A stretch of 64,000 bases of DNA from Octopus bimaculoides (Eukaryota): the NCBI RefSeq assembly GCF_001194135.2, contig NC_068987.1, forward strand, positions 2,923,234 to 2,987,233. The letters are read 5' to 3'. Each line of letters starts with the position of its first letter. Positions within the stretch are counted from its first letter, which is position 1. Shown piece after piece: positions 13,434-27,249 of this stretch. Position numbers and translations under genes: made by a program. Below the pieces are notes generated by a model that searched no databases, was not told the DNA's origin, and saw only the letters and a program-made list of their open reading frames with translations.

Positions 13434-13810
13434 ACACACACACACACATACACAGTCTATTATTTTGCATTGCTCATGTGACGTATCCTTTTTCACTGTC
13501 TGCTTTCCATCTTGTGCAATAATTCTCTTTCTTTTTGTCATCTTTTTCTGGTAAAAGTAATTATATCTTGTTCCCTGCAAAATATAGGTCAAGAGTTCAA
13601 ATTCTGTTAGATTTTATATTCCCTAATTTATAAATAAGACCTTTGTTCCTGCCATCCTGTGAATGAAGTGGAAATGTAAGCCACGGACAGATGGGATGAT
13701 CCCAACTTGGTTGAAGTTAGGTATTCTATATTATTGATGTTAGTTTGCTCATTATTTGTAGGTTTTAAAGTTAAAGTGTTTTAAGATTATATACATATAT
13801 ATATATATAT

Positions 13811-14595
13811 ATGGCAGAGTTCAAAGAGCTTCTAGCTTTGTTGGTAACTAAGGGCCTCTCCTTCAGAGTGAAAGATAGATTGTATGATGCCTGTGTATGT
13901 GCAGCTGTGCTACATGTCAGTAAAATGTGGGCTTTGATTATTGAGGACCTGTGAAGGCTTGAAAGAAAAGAAGCTAGCAAGCTCTGCTGGATGGGTGATG
14001 TCAGCATGCACACATGACAGAGTGTAAATGATTTAAGAGGAAAACTGGGTGTAAGAGGTATCAAATGTTGAATGCAAGAGAGAAGACTGTGCTGGTTTGG
14101 TCATGTGATGTGTATGGATGAGGATAGCTGTGTAAAGAAGTGCTGAGCTCTAATTATGGGGGGACCTGTGGAAGACATGGGACCTAGGAAGAGATGGGAC
14201 AAAGTGGAGAGAAAGGAGGATCTTTGGATGCTGGGTTTCACTGAGGAAATGACAAGGGTCAGGGAGATGGGGTGATCTGCTGTGTTTGATAAGATATGTC
14301 AAGCTAAGTAAAATCTTGCACACATGTGGGCTTGTCCAGTCAGGTGCCACTTAAAAAACACCCATGCTGGTGGCACATAAAAAGGCAACCATGTTGGTGG
14401 CACGTAAAAGGCACCTGGGATACTTTGTAAAGTGGCTGGCATTAGGAAGGGCATCCAAACATAGAAACCTTGCGTCAGTATACAGCTGGAGTCTGGACAG
14501 CTCCCTGCTAGCCAGCTCCATATCAAACCATCCAACCCATGCCAGCATGGAAAACAGGTGTTAAACAACGACGATAATGATGATGATGATGATGA
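13811..14595 (+). mobile_element. 5'-truncated RTE-clade LINE (decayed ORF end, 3' UTR, (GAT)n tail)
   Basis: Decayed translation RLYDACV...RLERKEASKLCWM...QERRLCWFGHV...PRKRWDKV, followed by the CAACCCATGCCAGCATGGAAAAC 3' motif and (GAT)n. Confidence 0.85.
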
Positions 14596-14898
14596 TAACA
14601 TATATATATCAAAATGAGGAGTTATTGATAAAGGATTATCAATCTGGGTAAAATAATTCTCAAGCTATCTGTTAATACAAATACACCAGACTAAGAAAAG
14701 GTTTTCAGATTGGTATAGAACCCCAGGTAATCCCAAGGCAAGGTCCAAAGTTGAAGTCCCTCACCAGTCAATTTTGTAAATCCATGGTTAATCCCCCGGT
14801 TAATCTGCTACCTTTTACACAGAGTGATATACAAGAAAAGGCATAAATAATAGGCTTTCCATATTTAGTTATTAGTGCTTCACAGTCTTATGGCTGTT

Positions 14899-14942
<44 letters not shown>

Positions 14943-16429
14943 ATGGCCATCCACGTGTGACCAAAGAAGACCATTGCTGACCTTCGGGAACATTATGCGC
15001 TCTAGGATTAACTTATATTTTGCATTTGTGGCTCCATTGGTACATTTTGGGTACATTTCTAAACACACCTAAAATGGATATCAGAAACAGCTGTAAGTCT
15101 ACAATGCACAAGTAAACAAATGTGTTAAATGCTGCAACACCTGGATGTTAATTTATCTACTGAAAGGTGACATTCCAGTCTGATGACACTCTGAGAGTCA
15201 CATTTGACAATCCATATCCATAGATCATTGCCTATTTTTTCTGGGTATCCCCTTTTCCTGCCATTTTCAGATCAGCCAGAACCAGATCAATTGTATAAAT
15301 ATTTTCCCAGCAGAGTAAGTGAAATTGCTGTGTAATATATCTCGTAGCGGATTACTAACAATTTTGTAACCTGCTTTGTCTCTTTTATCACATTACTACA
15401 ATATCTCTGTGGAAGTCAAATGGCATCAATATTATCATATCTCAGATTTGTTTGTTAACAACATTATCACATCTTTGGGGAAGTCACCAGGCATTATCAA
15501 TGCCTTAACAGTATTATCTGTATAGAAGTCAAGAGGTGTTTGTCAACATTGTCCTATCTCCTTGGTCTATACCAGTATAACCAACACCCTTGATATCTAG
15601 GAACCCCATTCAGACGTCACAAAGCTTTCGAGACTGCACAAATATTTTGGTTTCTTTAAGAGAGGCGTCAGGTGTGTTAAAGATGGGTTTTTATCTTAAA
15701 CATAGGTGTGGCTGTGTGGTAAGAAGTTTGCTTCCCAATCACATGGTTTTCGGTTCAGTCCCACTACGGAGCACCATAGCCTTGAGCCAACCAAAGCCTT
15801 GTGAGTGGATCTGGAAAGCAGAAAGATACCCGTCGTTTGTGTGTGTGTGTGTGTGGTTGTCCCCCACTACTACTTGACAACCAGTGTTGGTGTGTTTACA
15901 TCCCTGTTACTCAGCAGTTCAGCAGAAGAGACTGAGGGAATAAGTACAAGGCTTAAAAAAAATAAGTACTGGGGATTGATTCGTTTGACTGAAATGCTTC
16001 AAGGCACTGCTCCAGCATGGCCACGGTCAAATGACTGAAACAAAACAAAAAATAAGATACAAGTGTGTGTTTGTGTGTTTGTGTGTTTGTGTGTTTGTGT
16101 GTGTGAATTCATTTGTACTGATGCATGCAACTTGGTTAGAGTGTATATGCGTTAGTGTTTCATGCATGTGGTGATGTTTAAATGTGTATCAACGTCTGTG
16201 TGTGTGTAATGGTATGCTCAGAAATGTGAGGAGTAAAGCTTCTTCTGACTTTTTGCTCGTTTCTCCAATTAGTCTAATCAATGTAATTTATATTCAGATT
16301 CAGTTTTTGTTGGAAACTGTAAGTGTTGAGAAAACCTACAACGTCACTGATAATACAATCCTACATTTAAGAGATAAGAAATTATATACATTATTTACAT
16401 TTGAGGGATATTTGTTCTCCTCTGTTGTT

Positions 16430-16475
16430 AACACAACGTTTCGGCTGATATACATTCCAACCTTCATCAGGTGTC
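16430..16475 (-). ncRNA. Minimal type-I hammerhead-ribozyme-like motif in the SINE C tail
   Basis: Minus strand: GACAC-CTGATGA-A-GGTTG(GAATGTATAT)CAGCC-GAAAC-GTT-GTGTT. It has an intact CUGAUGA/GAAA core, a 5-bp stem II, a 5-bp stem I, and a palindromic ACGT stem III possible only in a dimer. Activity is untested. Confidence 0.5.
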
Positions 16476-17189
16476 TTGGGGAAATTTCGAACCTGGGTTT
16501 CTCATTCCTAAGGTATTTTTCAATGTTGTTGTTGTTATTATTATTCAGGTCACTGCCTGGAATCGAGCTCGAAATCTTGGGGTTAGTAGCCTATTCAACA
16601 TAGGTTTTTTTTTCTTTAATTTGGTGAGGACAGGAATCCTTCGTCTATGGTGTATGTATGATACTATAGAGGCAATGGTGAAATAAAGTTGATGATTTTC
16701 TGTCAAGTATACTTCTAATTATTTTTGCCTTCATCTGTCATTGTAGGATTAATTGGTTTTATAATTTGTTTCTGTAGGANNNNNNNNNNNNNNNNNNNNN
16801 NNNNNNNNNNNNNNNNNNNNNNNNNNNNNNNNNNNNNNNNNNNNNNNNNNNNNNNNNNNNNNNNNNNNNNNNNNNNNNNNNNNNNNNNNNNNNNNNNNNN
16901 NNNNNNNNNNNNNNNNNNNNNNNNNNNNNNNNNNNNNNNNNNNNNNNNNNNNNNNNNNNNNNNNNNNNNNNNNNNNNNNNNNNNNNNNNNNNNNNNNNNN
17001 NNNNNNNNNNNNNNNNNNNNNNNNNNNNNNNNNNNNNNNNNNNNNNNNNNNNNNNNNNNNNNNNNNNNNNNNNNNNNNNNNNNNNNNNNNNNNNNNNNNN
17101 NNNNNNNNNNNNNNNNNNNNNNNNNNNNNNNNNNNNNNNNNNNNNNNNNNNNNNNNNNNNNNNNNNNNNNNNNNNNNNNNNNNNNNNNN

Positions 17190-17237
<48 letters not shown>

Positions 17238-17817
17238 CAGGCTTCTTGTGTGTGTGTGTGTGTGTGTGTGCTTGTATTGATATCGCATGATAGTTGGAAG
17301 CAAGTGTCACTGTTATACAAGTGGTGTCATTCATTTCCAGTATTCCATAAGAAACATGTCTGGTCTTGGCTAAGTTCTACTTTGTTTGAAAACGAGTGAG
17401 AGTTTGTGACAGGAACAGCATCTGATCATAGAAAAATTTGCCTGAATAAACTCCATCCAACCCATGCAAGCATGGAAAAGTGGATGTTAAAACGATGATA
17501 ATGATGATGATGATGAAGGGAGCTAAATCTTTCTATGATAGTAAAAACCCTGCAGTATATGTACAGCAGAAACATGAAATATTATTTGCAGAAAAAGACT
17601 TGCATTAATAAATATTCAGAATGAATTTCAGCATGTAAACACAAAGTATATAAAACATTTAGATATCTCATTCATACAATATCTGCAAACAGTTAATGTC
17701 TGTACCAAAAATATATCAATTCCAGTCTTATTTGATTTCATTTAATTTTCACCTTCAAAAATCCTTAGAAAATTTATTGTCCACACAGAAATAAGCAGTT
17801 CTTTGTCTCTGTCTCTC

Positions 17818-17859
<42 letters not shown>

Positions 17860-17865
17860 ATTCAT

Positions 17866-18342
17866 TTTCACACATAACCTAGGACTCAATACAGAGACCT
17901 ACATCAAGTGACTGGAGGAGGCAGTGCTGTCCTGGGTCAAGAGGATGGCTGCTGGAAGACCCTATGTCTGGCAACAGGACTCTGCACCATGCCACACAAG
18001 CAAGAGAACCCAGTCATGACTGTCAGACAATTTCTGCAACCACACCGCCCCCAACATCTGGCCACCCAACTCTCCAGACTGCAACCCACTTGAATTGAAA
18101 GCAAGGATTATGGTAGCATTCACCAACTTAAACAAGGAGACCATCCAGAAGAATTGCAGGAGATTCCAAAGTCGTCTGGAGACTGTAGTTGAAGCCAACG
18201 GCGATTTAATTGAATAAATTTACTCTTTAGTATTTCAAGATATTTTTATATAATTTTGGTAAATATATCCGTTAAAATGAGATGTCAGTGTTATCTTCAT
18301 TTTTGCATAATTTAGACGACAGCTCATTCACCACACCCTGTA
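17866..18342 (+). mobile_element. 3' half of a second DD37D mariner-like transposon (internally deleted)
   Basis: Translation YVWQQDSAPCHTSKRTQS*LSDNFCNHTAPNIWPPNSPDCNPLE has 37 residues between the second D and the third catalytic position (decayed to E here). It continues CRRFQSRLETVVEANGDLIE* and ends CACCCTG-TA, the reverse complement of a TA-CAGGGTG TIR. Confidence 0.88.
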
Positions 18343-19558
18343 CATACATATATATTTATGTAATCATGATCAAACTTGTTTTATTCAAATCCATCAGTTA
18401 TAACAAGATTCACTTTTTACCAATTACCCTTCGTTAATTAACATAATATGATGGCAAGACAATTAAGAAGTAATCAATTATTAATGATCAATAAGTCATT
18501 AATTATATCATGTGACCTTATTACAAATAACAAGGAACACTTTCTGCTGTAGACAAGGGTGGATTATAAAAATAATTTTCTCTCTCTAGCTATTACTGCT
18601 GGGTGGAGGTATTAGTTGTTAGTGTTGGTAATGGTGGTAGTAGTGTTAGGAACTGTTGACGGTGGTGGTGGTGTTAATAACTGTGGTGGGGGTGACGGGT
18701 GGAGTTAATGTCAGGTAGCAGACCGAAATAAATACTGCTGTCTTTTCCCCTTCGCCTTCCCCTCAGGTCTTGTGTGGTTCGTAAATTACATATTTAAAAA
18801 AATATTTACAAATATAACATCATCCATTTGGTTGAGGGCCATATTTGAACCTGGTACCCTTGATTTTGCACTGTTGTGTCTACAGTGTTTGATTGGTTGT
18901 TTTCTTTTTTTTTACTGTAGCACCACCTTGAAGAGTCTAGTCAAACAAATTGACCCCAAAACATACTTCAAAGTTTGGAGCTTTTTCTGCCAGTCTCTTT
19001 TGCTGTGACACTAAGTTATGGGGATGTAAACAAACCAACACTACTTGTCAAGCAATGGTGGGAGATGACAACCACAAACACAAAGACACACACACACACA
19101 CACACATCGATGGGCTTCCACACAGTTTCCGTTCACCAAATTCACTGACAAGGCTTTGGGTTGTCCTGAAGCCAAAATAGAAGACCCTTGCCCAAAGTGT
19201 CCTTCAGTGAGACTGAACCTGAAACCACATGATTGAAAGGTGAGCTTCTTGACCACACAGCGCCATGCTTGTACCCTGGGTTCTATTGAAGCACAAAGTT
19301 TCTGGCTTGACTATTGTAGAATCGCAGGTTCAAATCCCACTAAATCCATTAGACTTAAGCTCTTCCTAAGTGAAGGCGTTTTTGAGAATGTCTAAACGAA
19401 AATTTTTTAATCAATATCAATTCATTAATTTTGTAATTAACATCAATTGGCACAGCTTTGCTATGTGGTGAGCAGTTTGATTCTCAACCACAAAGTTCCA
19501 GACAAGTACCATTATAAGCAAGTGTCTTCTACTATTGCCCCAAGCGGACCAAAGCCTT

Positions 19559-19790
19559 GATGCTATCCGTTCTCTTCAGCTATCTAATACTTTCCTGATT
19601 ATTCTGGCTGTGCCAAAGAAGCAAACCTTTTGCAACAGTTCTACTGGGTACTCTATTCCAATTTCCTTTATTTTCCTCTTGATGCCTTCTGATACTGTTC
19701 TCAAGGACCCAACAATATTTGGCACTATCTTCACCTTCATTTTCCATAGCAGGTCTATTTCATACTTAAGACGGTTCTACATAACTATTT
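19559..19790 (-). mobile_element. Decayed 3' end of an RLE-type LINE
   Basis: Minus strand reads LKYEIDLLWKMKVKIVPNIVGSLRTVS...LLQKVCFFGTARIIRKVLDS*. Confidence 0.65.
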
Positions 19791-22092
19791 TTTGTGCCTT
19801 CTCTTTTGCCTAGCTGCTGCTATTATTGGCCAGTTTATTAAGAATTTAATTGTTGAAGTTAAAGGTTGATTACAGAAAACACTGTATCTGTCATAACAGA
19901 TATGACGTCAATACATGTCAGTATTTCAAACTGGAAAAGACAGTAAAGTGACTTTACAGACCCATCAAACCCCCTCTATGAAATTAACCCCCAAAGAATA
20001 AATACTTTTTTGATTTGGCTGTGTTTTTGTTTCTGGTATTAAGAATAACCTTAACCATTTCCTTGGAAATGTTAGACATGACGTTAGCATTTATTTGTAT
20101 TGTGTTTTCTTTTTTTATAGAAATATGACAGATTTTATTGAGAAAATTGTGACAGTAATAAACCTCACACATACACAACCTTGCCTAACACAAACACACA
20201 CACACCTCCTTCACACTTACACAAACACTCACACACACATAAAACTTTGCCCCACACACACACACACACTTTGTTGTTTACTTTCACACTCCACCCTTCA
20301 ACCATTGTTATGTCTAAACAATCTCCCCCCCCCCCCNNNNNNNNNNNNNNNNNNNNNNNNNNNNNNNNNNNNNNNNNNNNNNNNNNNNNNNNNNNNNNNN
20401 NNNNNNNNNNNNNNNNNNNNNNNNNNNNNNNNNNNNNNNNNNNNNNNNNNNNNNNNNNNNNNNNNNNNNNNNNNNNNNNNNNNNNNNNNNCCCGCCACCA
20501 TAACCCTGTTTCACCCACTCCACAGCTATTTTCCCATGTCACATGCAATGACTGAAGCTAACAAACCCAACTGCAGTCAACAGGATCCTCAGTTCAAATC
20601 ATACAACTGTCACATTGTTTTTTATTTTTGTCTTTTTGTCAGAAGAAAGGAGTTTTCATGACCTTTACATTTCAACAGAGATTGATGGTCTGTTGCAATC
20701 AGGTGCTTTTCCTGTCACCAACTCTTATCTGTCTTTTAAATATTTTTTTTTTCTAGAAGTCTTTGAAAAGGTAGAGGAATTGAAATGATTGTCACCAAAC
20801 AATACCTAAATCTCTCTCAAATCACACTTTATCATTTTTTTAAAAAGCAGTACTCAATGGTTGATGTAGATCCGCATAAATTAAATCTGAAAATATGTGG
20901 AAAGGTCATGGCTAGAGCTTCTTTGATTGTAATTCTGCTGTATCAAAACTGAGAGAAGTTAGACAACAAGAACACCAGTTCCAAGAAATAAATGAGCCAT
21001 TGACTGAAAGCCATCACAGTTCCTTCCTGTTTGATTATTTTTATTATTTTTTATTATTTTTGTTCCTTTTCTTAAGAAGGAGGTCAGCTTCTATTTCCAG
21101 AATGTTTATTTTCTGTTTTGGCAGGAACTGTTTTGCTGATTAAGAGGAATTATTTTATAGATTTACTGAGTGTACAGATGTGTAATAGTGTGCTTGCGTG
21201 TGTGTGTGTGTGTGTGTGTACAGGTGTGCAGTAGTATGATTGTGTGTAGAGTAAGTGTACGTATGTGTGTACAGATGTGAGTCAGTAAGTGTACATTAAT
21301 ATGGCTACTATGCATCATCATCATCATCATCTTATGTCTGATTTTTGGTAAAGCCAAGAATTAGATGTGGTTTTTTTGGCACAGAATCTCACTATTTGGT
21401 ACAGTCCTTCATCTTTTCCTTCATGATATTCAAGCTCCTAAGATCATCTTTCATAACTTTTTCCTCATGCCTTATTTGGTCTTTCTCTTCTACAAATTCA
21501 CTCCACTTGGATCAATCCGCTCAAATTCCAGAAGAATTTGTATTTGTGTTCCTCACTCATAAAGATCCTAGTTGAGGTTCCCCTCCATCTTACTAATTGC
21601 ACACAGTACACATCTGCTTATTTTCACTTCAGGATCTCTATCTCTCCCAGTTTACTTTTCACTATGCCAACTTCAATAATGGTAACTCTGAAGTTTTGCA
21701 CCTGAGAGAGAAGGAGAGGGAGAGAGAAAGAGATAGAAATACAGACAGACAGAAGAAGGGGTTGTTTCTAGTTGAATTTAGGTTTATTTTCTTTCTGCCT
21801 GTGAAGAGAAGAGGAATGCTCTAATTAATTCTCTAATTAATTGTTTATAATCAAGGGTTTTGCCACAGAGCCAGATGTATCTACTTGGTTACCCGATAAC
21901 TATGTATTACACTCACATGGTAAATAGTCGGCTGCTGGAGAGTCCAATATCATAGCTTTGGGGGTGGTGCCACATCTCTTCATGATGCTGCAAAAGGTGA
22001 TCAGAGTGGCACGATACTGCTAAGAGTGCTCATTGTAGTAGAAGAAATGTCTGTGGGAAGATGGGTTGTCAATCGGTATTGGGGGCATAAAG

Positions 22093-22151
<59 letters not shown>

Positions 22152-22450
22152 NNNNNNNNNNNNNNNNNNNNNNNNNNNNNNNNNNNNNNNNNNNNNNNNN
22201 NNNNNNNNNNNNNNNNNNNNNNNNNNNNNNNNNNNNNNNNNNNNNNNNNNNNNNNNNNNNNNNNNNNNNNNNNNNNNNNNNNNNNNNNNNNNNNNNNNNN
22301 NNNNNNNNNNNNNNNNNNNNNNNNNNNNNNNNNNNNNNNNNNNNNNNNNNNNNNNNNNNNNNNNNCATCATACTTTAACGTCCATTTTCTATGCTGGTAT
22401 ATATATATATAGATATATATATAGATATATATATATATATATACATATAG

Positions 22451-22483
<33 letters not shown>

Positions 22484-22584
22484 TAGATAGATAGATAGAT
22501 AGGTGATGGACAGACAGACAGATATGTGTATAATACTTACAGAAGTGACTGCTTGCACATAATGTGGATATTTTAATATAGCTA

Positions 22585-22628
<44 letters not shown>

Positions 22629-24016
22629 ACATACACACACCCTGTCTGTATCACAGTGTGTGTATGTAGTGGTATGTAGTAGTAGTAGTTGTAGTTGTAG
22701 TAGTAGTAGTAGTTGTAGTAGTAGCAACAGCAGCAGCAGCAACTAGAATATAGAATCTCTTTAGTCTGAGACCGTTGTTGGCATTTGGTCAGTGTAGATT
22801 TTGTCCAGTTGCCAATATGGCACCAACAATACAAGAAGAAGCCACTTGGTATTTTTGGTCATCAGTGTAAATCAGAATAGTCATATATCTCAGGTGAATT
22901 ACGACTAAAGATTCACTGAACACAATCTGTTCTTCTTTATTTTTAGAATGTTGATGGTTACAAGGACTGATGGATATATTTTAAGGTCTAGATAGAAATA
23001 CACAGTGTGTGTGTGTGTGTATGTCAATGTGTGTGAGTATGTATGTATGAGTACGTGTATGTATGTGTGTGTGTCTGTGTATATGTGTATATATGTATGT
23101 GTTTGACTCTGTCTTAGTGATACGGTGTTGTATGTGTGTGTGTGCACACATGCTAAGTACCTCCATCTTCCCCTCAAACACCCCACCACCACCACTACCA
23201 ACTCTAGACACTAGCGCCATCTCTCTTCTCTGGTGTTAACTCTTTCAGCATAGATTCACTTGTCATTTATGAATACTAACTAGACAGACCTTTTGGCCCC
23301 TAAATTACCTAAGGTCAGGCTGCCTTCCCTACTAACTGTCCCCACTTTTCCTTTAGATTATTTTAATAAAAGAAAGAAAAGTGAGGCCTCCATAGTCAAT
23401 ATCCATATTAACCCTTCACCTCACTCTCAAATGTAATGCTTCATTTTATTCAGCATTTTGAGTTAATCCTGCTTGTGTGTGTGTGTGTGTGTGTGCACGT
23501 GTGTGTGTGTGTGCGTGTGTGTGTGTGCGTGCACTCTTGCCTAGACATTGTCCATGCAAGCAAAGTTGTTTGTTTCTGATCTTCCACATGAACATGTCTG
23601 GCCAGGGGGAAATATTACCTTACTTGGAAACAGGTGAGTGTTAGTGACTGGAAGGGCATCCAGCCACAAAAAAGCCTACCTCAACAAGTTCTGTGCAAGC
23701 ATGGAAAAGTTAACTGATGATGATGATGATGATGATGATTGTTTATATTCCAGGTTTAGAACAAGTAAATTGTCTCCCTGTGTGTTGTAACAAGGGATTT
23801 AAAAAGTTTGGTAACAAGAAGGGCAGTTGGCCAAAGACTTCTGCTTCAGAAAATTCATCTAACTCATGCTAACATGGGAAATTGGATGTAAAATGATGAT
23901 GAAGAAGAAGTTGATTTTCATTTCAAAATTTCATCTCAGTTCTTGTATTAACAGTAATTATAAACATTCTTTTAATTCTTGCTATTTACCATTTCCTCTG
24001 TTTTTTTTTTTTGCAG

Positions 24017-24415
24017 AATCGTAATGACCAGTACCGGCCAATCGACATGTACAACGATAACCGTAGCTACACTGATTACGAAGACAGTATATATCCTGAC
24101 CGCAATCAGTTTTTTCTGGATGGTGAAAGCGTCAACCAGTCTGTTGTATCGTCTCTGCGTGGTATTAGCCGAGATAGCTTCTGTATGTCTACTGCACACA
24201 TAGCTGAAGACCCCCTGGAACTTCTGGAGTGTGGGGGAATTAACGATGAAGAACAAGAATCATATTATCCTGAAGTGGAACCCGTCCAGCGCACTGTTGA
24301 TTCAGCAGGTGCCGTGTCTGTTGACACACAGGACAGTGGACTTTTTAAAGACTCTCCACTTCCTTGTGGAAATATACAATTTTGGTCCGAGTCTATGGAC
24401 CCAACAGATTTCCAA
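24017..24415 (+). CDS. TRP channel exon: acidic N-terminal region ending in the G-x-I-x-F motif (NRNDQY...[17 protein letters not shown])
   Basis: Acceptor (T)n-GCAG at 24016, 399 nt open, donor GTAAGT at 24416; phase 0-0. Confidence 0.85.
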
Positions 24416-27208
24416 GTAAGTTTTTCTTTTTCCTTTTTCTTTTTTTGTTAAGTGACTATTAAATTTATTGAATTCTTGAATCTATTGAATTCTTCATAAA
24501 TCATATATTTTTCAACAAGAAAAATGTCTGGAAAGTATTGCTCCAGGACCTGTATGCCAAGACAAGCCTCCCCCATAAGCTAATTTTTATCCCTAAAAAC
24601 CTTTTCTTCTAAATATGTGCTGCTGAGGTTGTGATGCACCTGTTGTGCCTGTGTGTGTTTTCTGCTGTTTAAAATGGTATCTAGAGTGTTGTATGTACCA
24701 GCTGTGCTCCAACAAATTAACTGGCATTCCATCGGTTACGACAACAAAAGTTCTAGTCGTACCGATCAATGGAATTGGCTGCTCCTGAAAATAATGTGCA
24801 GATGGCTGAGTATTCCACAGATATGTGTGCCCTTAACGTAGTTGTCAGAGAGATTCAGCATGACACAGAATATGACAAGTCTGGTTTTTTGAAATACAGG
24901 TACCATTCATTTTTTGCCAGCTGAGTGGACTGGAGCAGCATGAAATAAAGTATCTTGCTCAAGAACACAATGTGCCACTCGGAATTGAACTCACAACCTC
25001 ACAATTACAAGGCAAATACCCTAACCACTAAGCTACGCACTGAATTCAACCAATGATCTTGATGCTCTTGTTAGAGTAACGGGAATAACAACTGTGTCTC
25101 TTGCTCTGCCCCACACTAAGAAATATAAAGATTAACCTGGCTTCAACATGGCCTTGTCGCAAGAGCTTCTCTCCTTTTCCTCTCAAATCGTAATCTTCTT
25201 GCAGATTGCCATATAAGGCAGAAGAGCAATGGTAGTCAGATGTGCCAAAAACCAGTCCAAAAATAGTTTCTTTTAAATCGTTAATTGGTGTGTGACAAGG
25301 TAAGAATCGGAATCTAGTGTTGTGGAATAATTATGCTTGGGAATATGGAAGGTGTAGAAGTAGGGATTTGAAAACAGTATCCATTTATAATAAAAGCATA
25401 TCTTGAGGTGTTACACCTAAGGGTTTCATTTAGGGGTCATTTGCAGCCCTTTTCTTATAAGTCAGCCCTGATTTTGTTGGCCCTTCATCAAACATGTGAT
25501 CATCCTGTTTTAATATATTATTAACAATCTCTCTATTAAAAGACAGTAAGGTATGACTCGGGTGGTTTGATTGCTATTTCTAGCACATCAAGCATAGAAA
25601 CTCACTAGTTGGTTCCTAACACTCTGAGAGCAGGTACCAAAGATTTGATTAGTTCAGCAGAATGGCAAAATAAACAGAACGAGATATTTCTTTGAAGTTC
25701 TTCCAAGTACCCAAGTTATTTTTGGCAGCTGGTATGTCCGATATTTGCTCTTAGTTAACTAGTAACACCGATTTAGTGAATGTGAAGTTGTTGGTACAAT
25801 CTGAAACTGGTTCACAAATGTCAAGTTATAAACGAAGCAAGAGAGAGAGTGTTAACATTTAATAATTAGCTAATTAATTAGTGAAAATATTGAGTTTAGA
25901 TGGCTAATTTGAAATGTCAGGTGGAGAAGCAACAATTAAAAGGAGATAAACGAGCTGCTAAATCTATATTGGAAGACAAAATCGGTCGCGTGTATTAAAA
26001 GAAATCATTGATAAACCATTAAATAAAAATATATTGAATAAAGTGGAGGTGCAATGGCCCAGTAGTTAGTGCAGCAGACTCATGGTCATAGGATTGTGGT
26101 TTCGATTCCCAGACCGGGTGTTGTGAGTGTTTATTGAGCGAAAACACCTAAAGCTCCACGAGTCTCTGGCATGGGGTGGTGGTGAACCCTGCTCTACTCT
26201 TTCTCTCACCCTTTCTTCCTGTTTCTGTTGTGCCTGTAATTCAAAGAGGTCAGCCTTGTCACATTCTGTGTCATGCTGAATCTCCCCATGTCTGTGGAGT
26301 GCTCAGCCACTTTCACATTAATTTCACAAGCAGGCTGTTCCATTGATTGGACCAACTGGAACCCTTATCGTTGTAACTGATGGAGTGCCATGATGACAAT
26401 TGAATAAGAATGTTAAATATTTTAATTCTGTTGGTTTAAGTCTTTTATTGTCTTCAATATTTCTTCACATCAAAGAAGCAAGCTGGTAGAATCATAACTG
26501 CACTGGGGAAAATGTTTAGTGGAAATTCTTCTAACTTTATGTTCTGAGTTCAAATTCCACCAAGGTCGACTTTGCTTTTCATCCTTTCAAGGTCGATAAA
26601 TTAAGTACCAGTTGCATACTGGGGTCAATCTAATCGACTGGTCCCCTCCCCCAAAATTTCAGGCTTTGTGCTTAGAGCAGAAAAGTATATTTAAAAGATG
26701 TTTAACCTGAGTGTATAATACTTGTGTATATTTGTTGATTAATTATATACAGAGAGCCCTGTGTAAACATATATTTGTGTGACTGGATGCTTGTTAAGTA
26801 CACAACATGGGTTCGTAATGTATTTGTTTAGCGAATGAAACAAAGCTATTAATAAACTTGGTTGTGAATGTAAACATATGTTTGTGTGAAAGGACGTTGC
26901 TAAAGTGAAGTCTTGTGACGAGTTGCTTGTGTCACACCCAACAAACAACATGGAGTTGTTTGTAAATATAGGTTTCTCTTTCATGTTTTGTTCGTTTCAG
27001 TCATTGGACTTCAGCCATGCTGGGGCAACGCCTTACAGGATTTTAGTTGAATGAATTAATTAACCTCAGGACTTGATTTTTTTTTTTTTTTCAAGACCCT
27101 GGTACTTAATCTATTGATCTCTGTTGCTGAACTGCTGAGTTATAGGAATGTAAGTACACCAATACTGGTTGTCAAGTAGTGGCAGGTGGGGAGCGGGGGA
27201 CACACAGA

Positions 27209-27249
<41 letters not shown>

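Noticed and set aside
21365-21720. Possible internally deleted RTE element on the minus strand
   Set aside because: Only weak motif traces (HKYKFFW-like) among many stops; too decayed to call.
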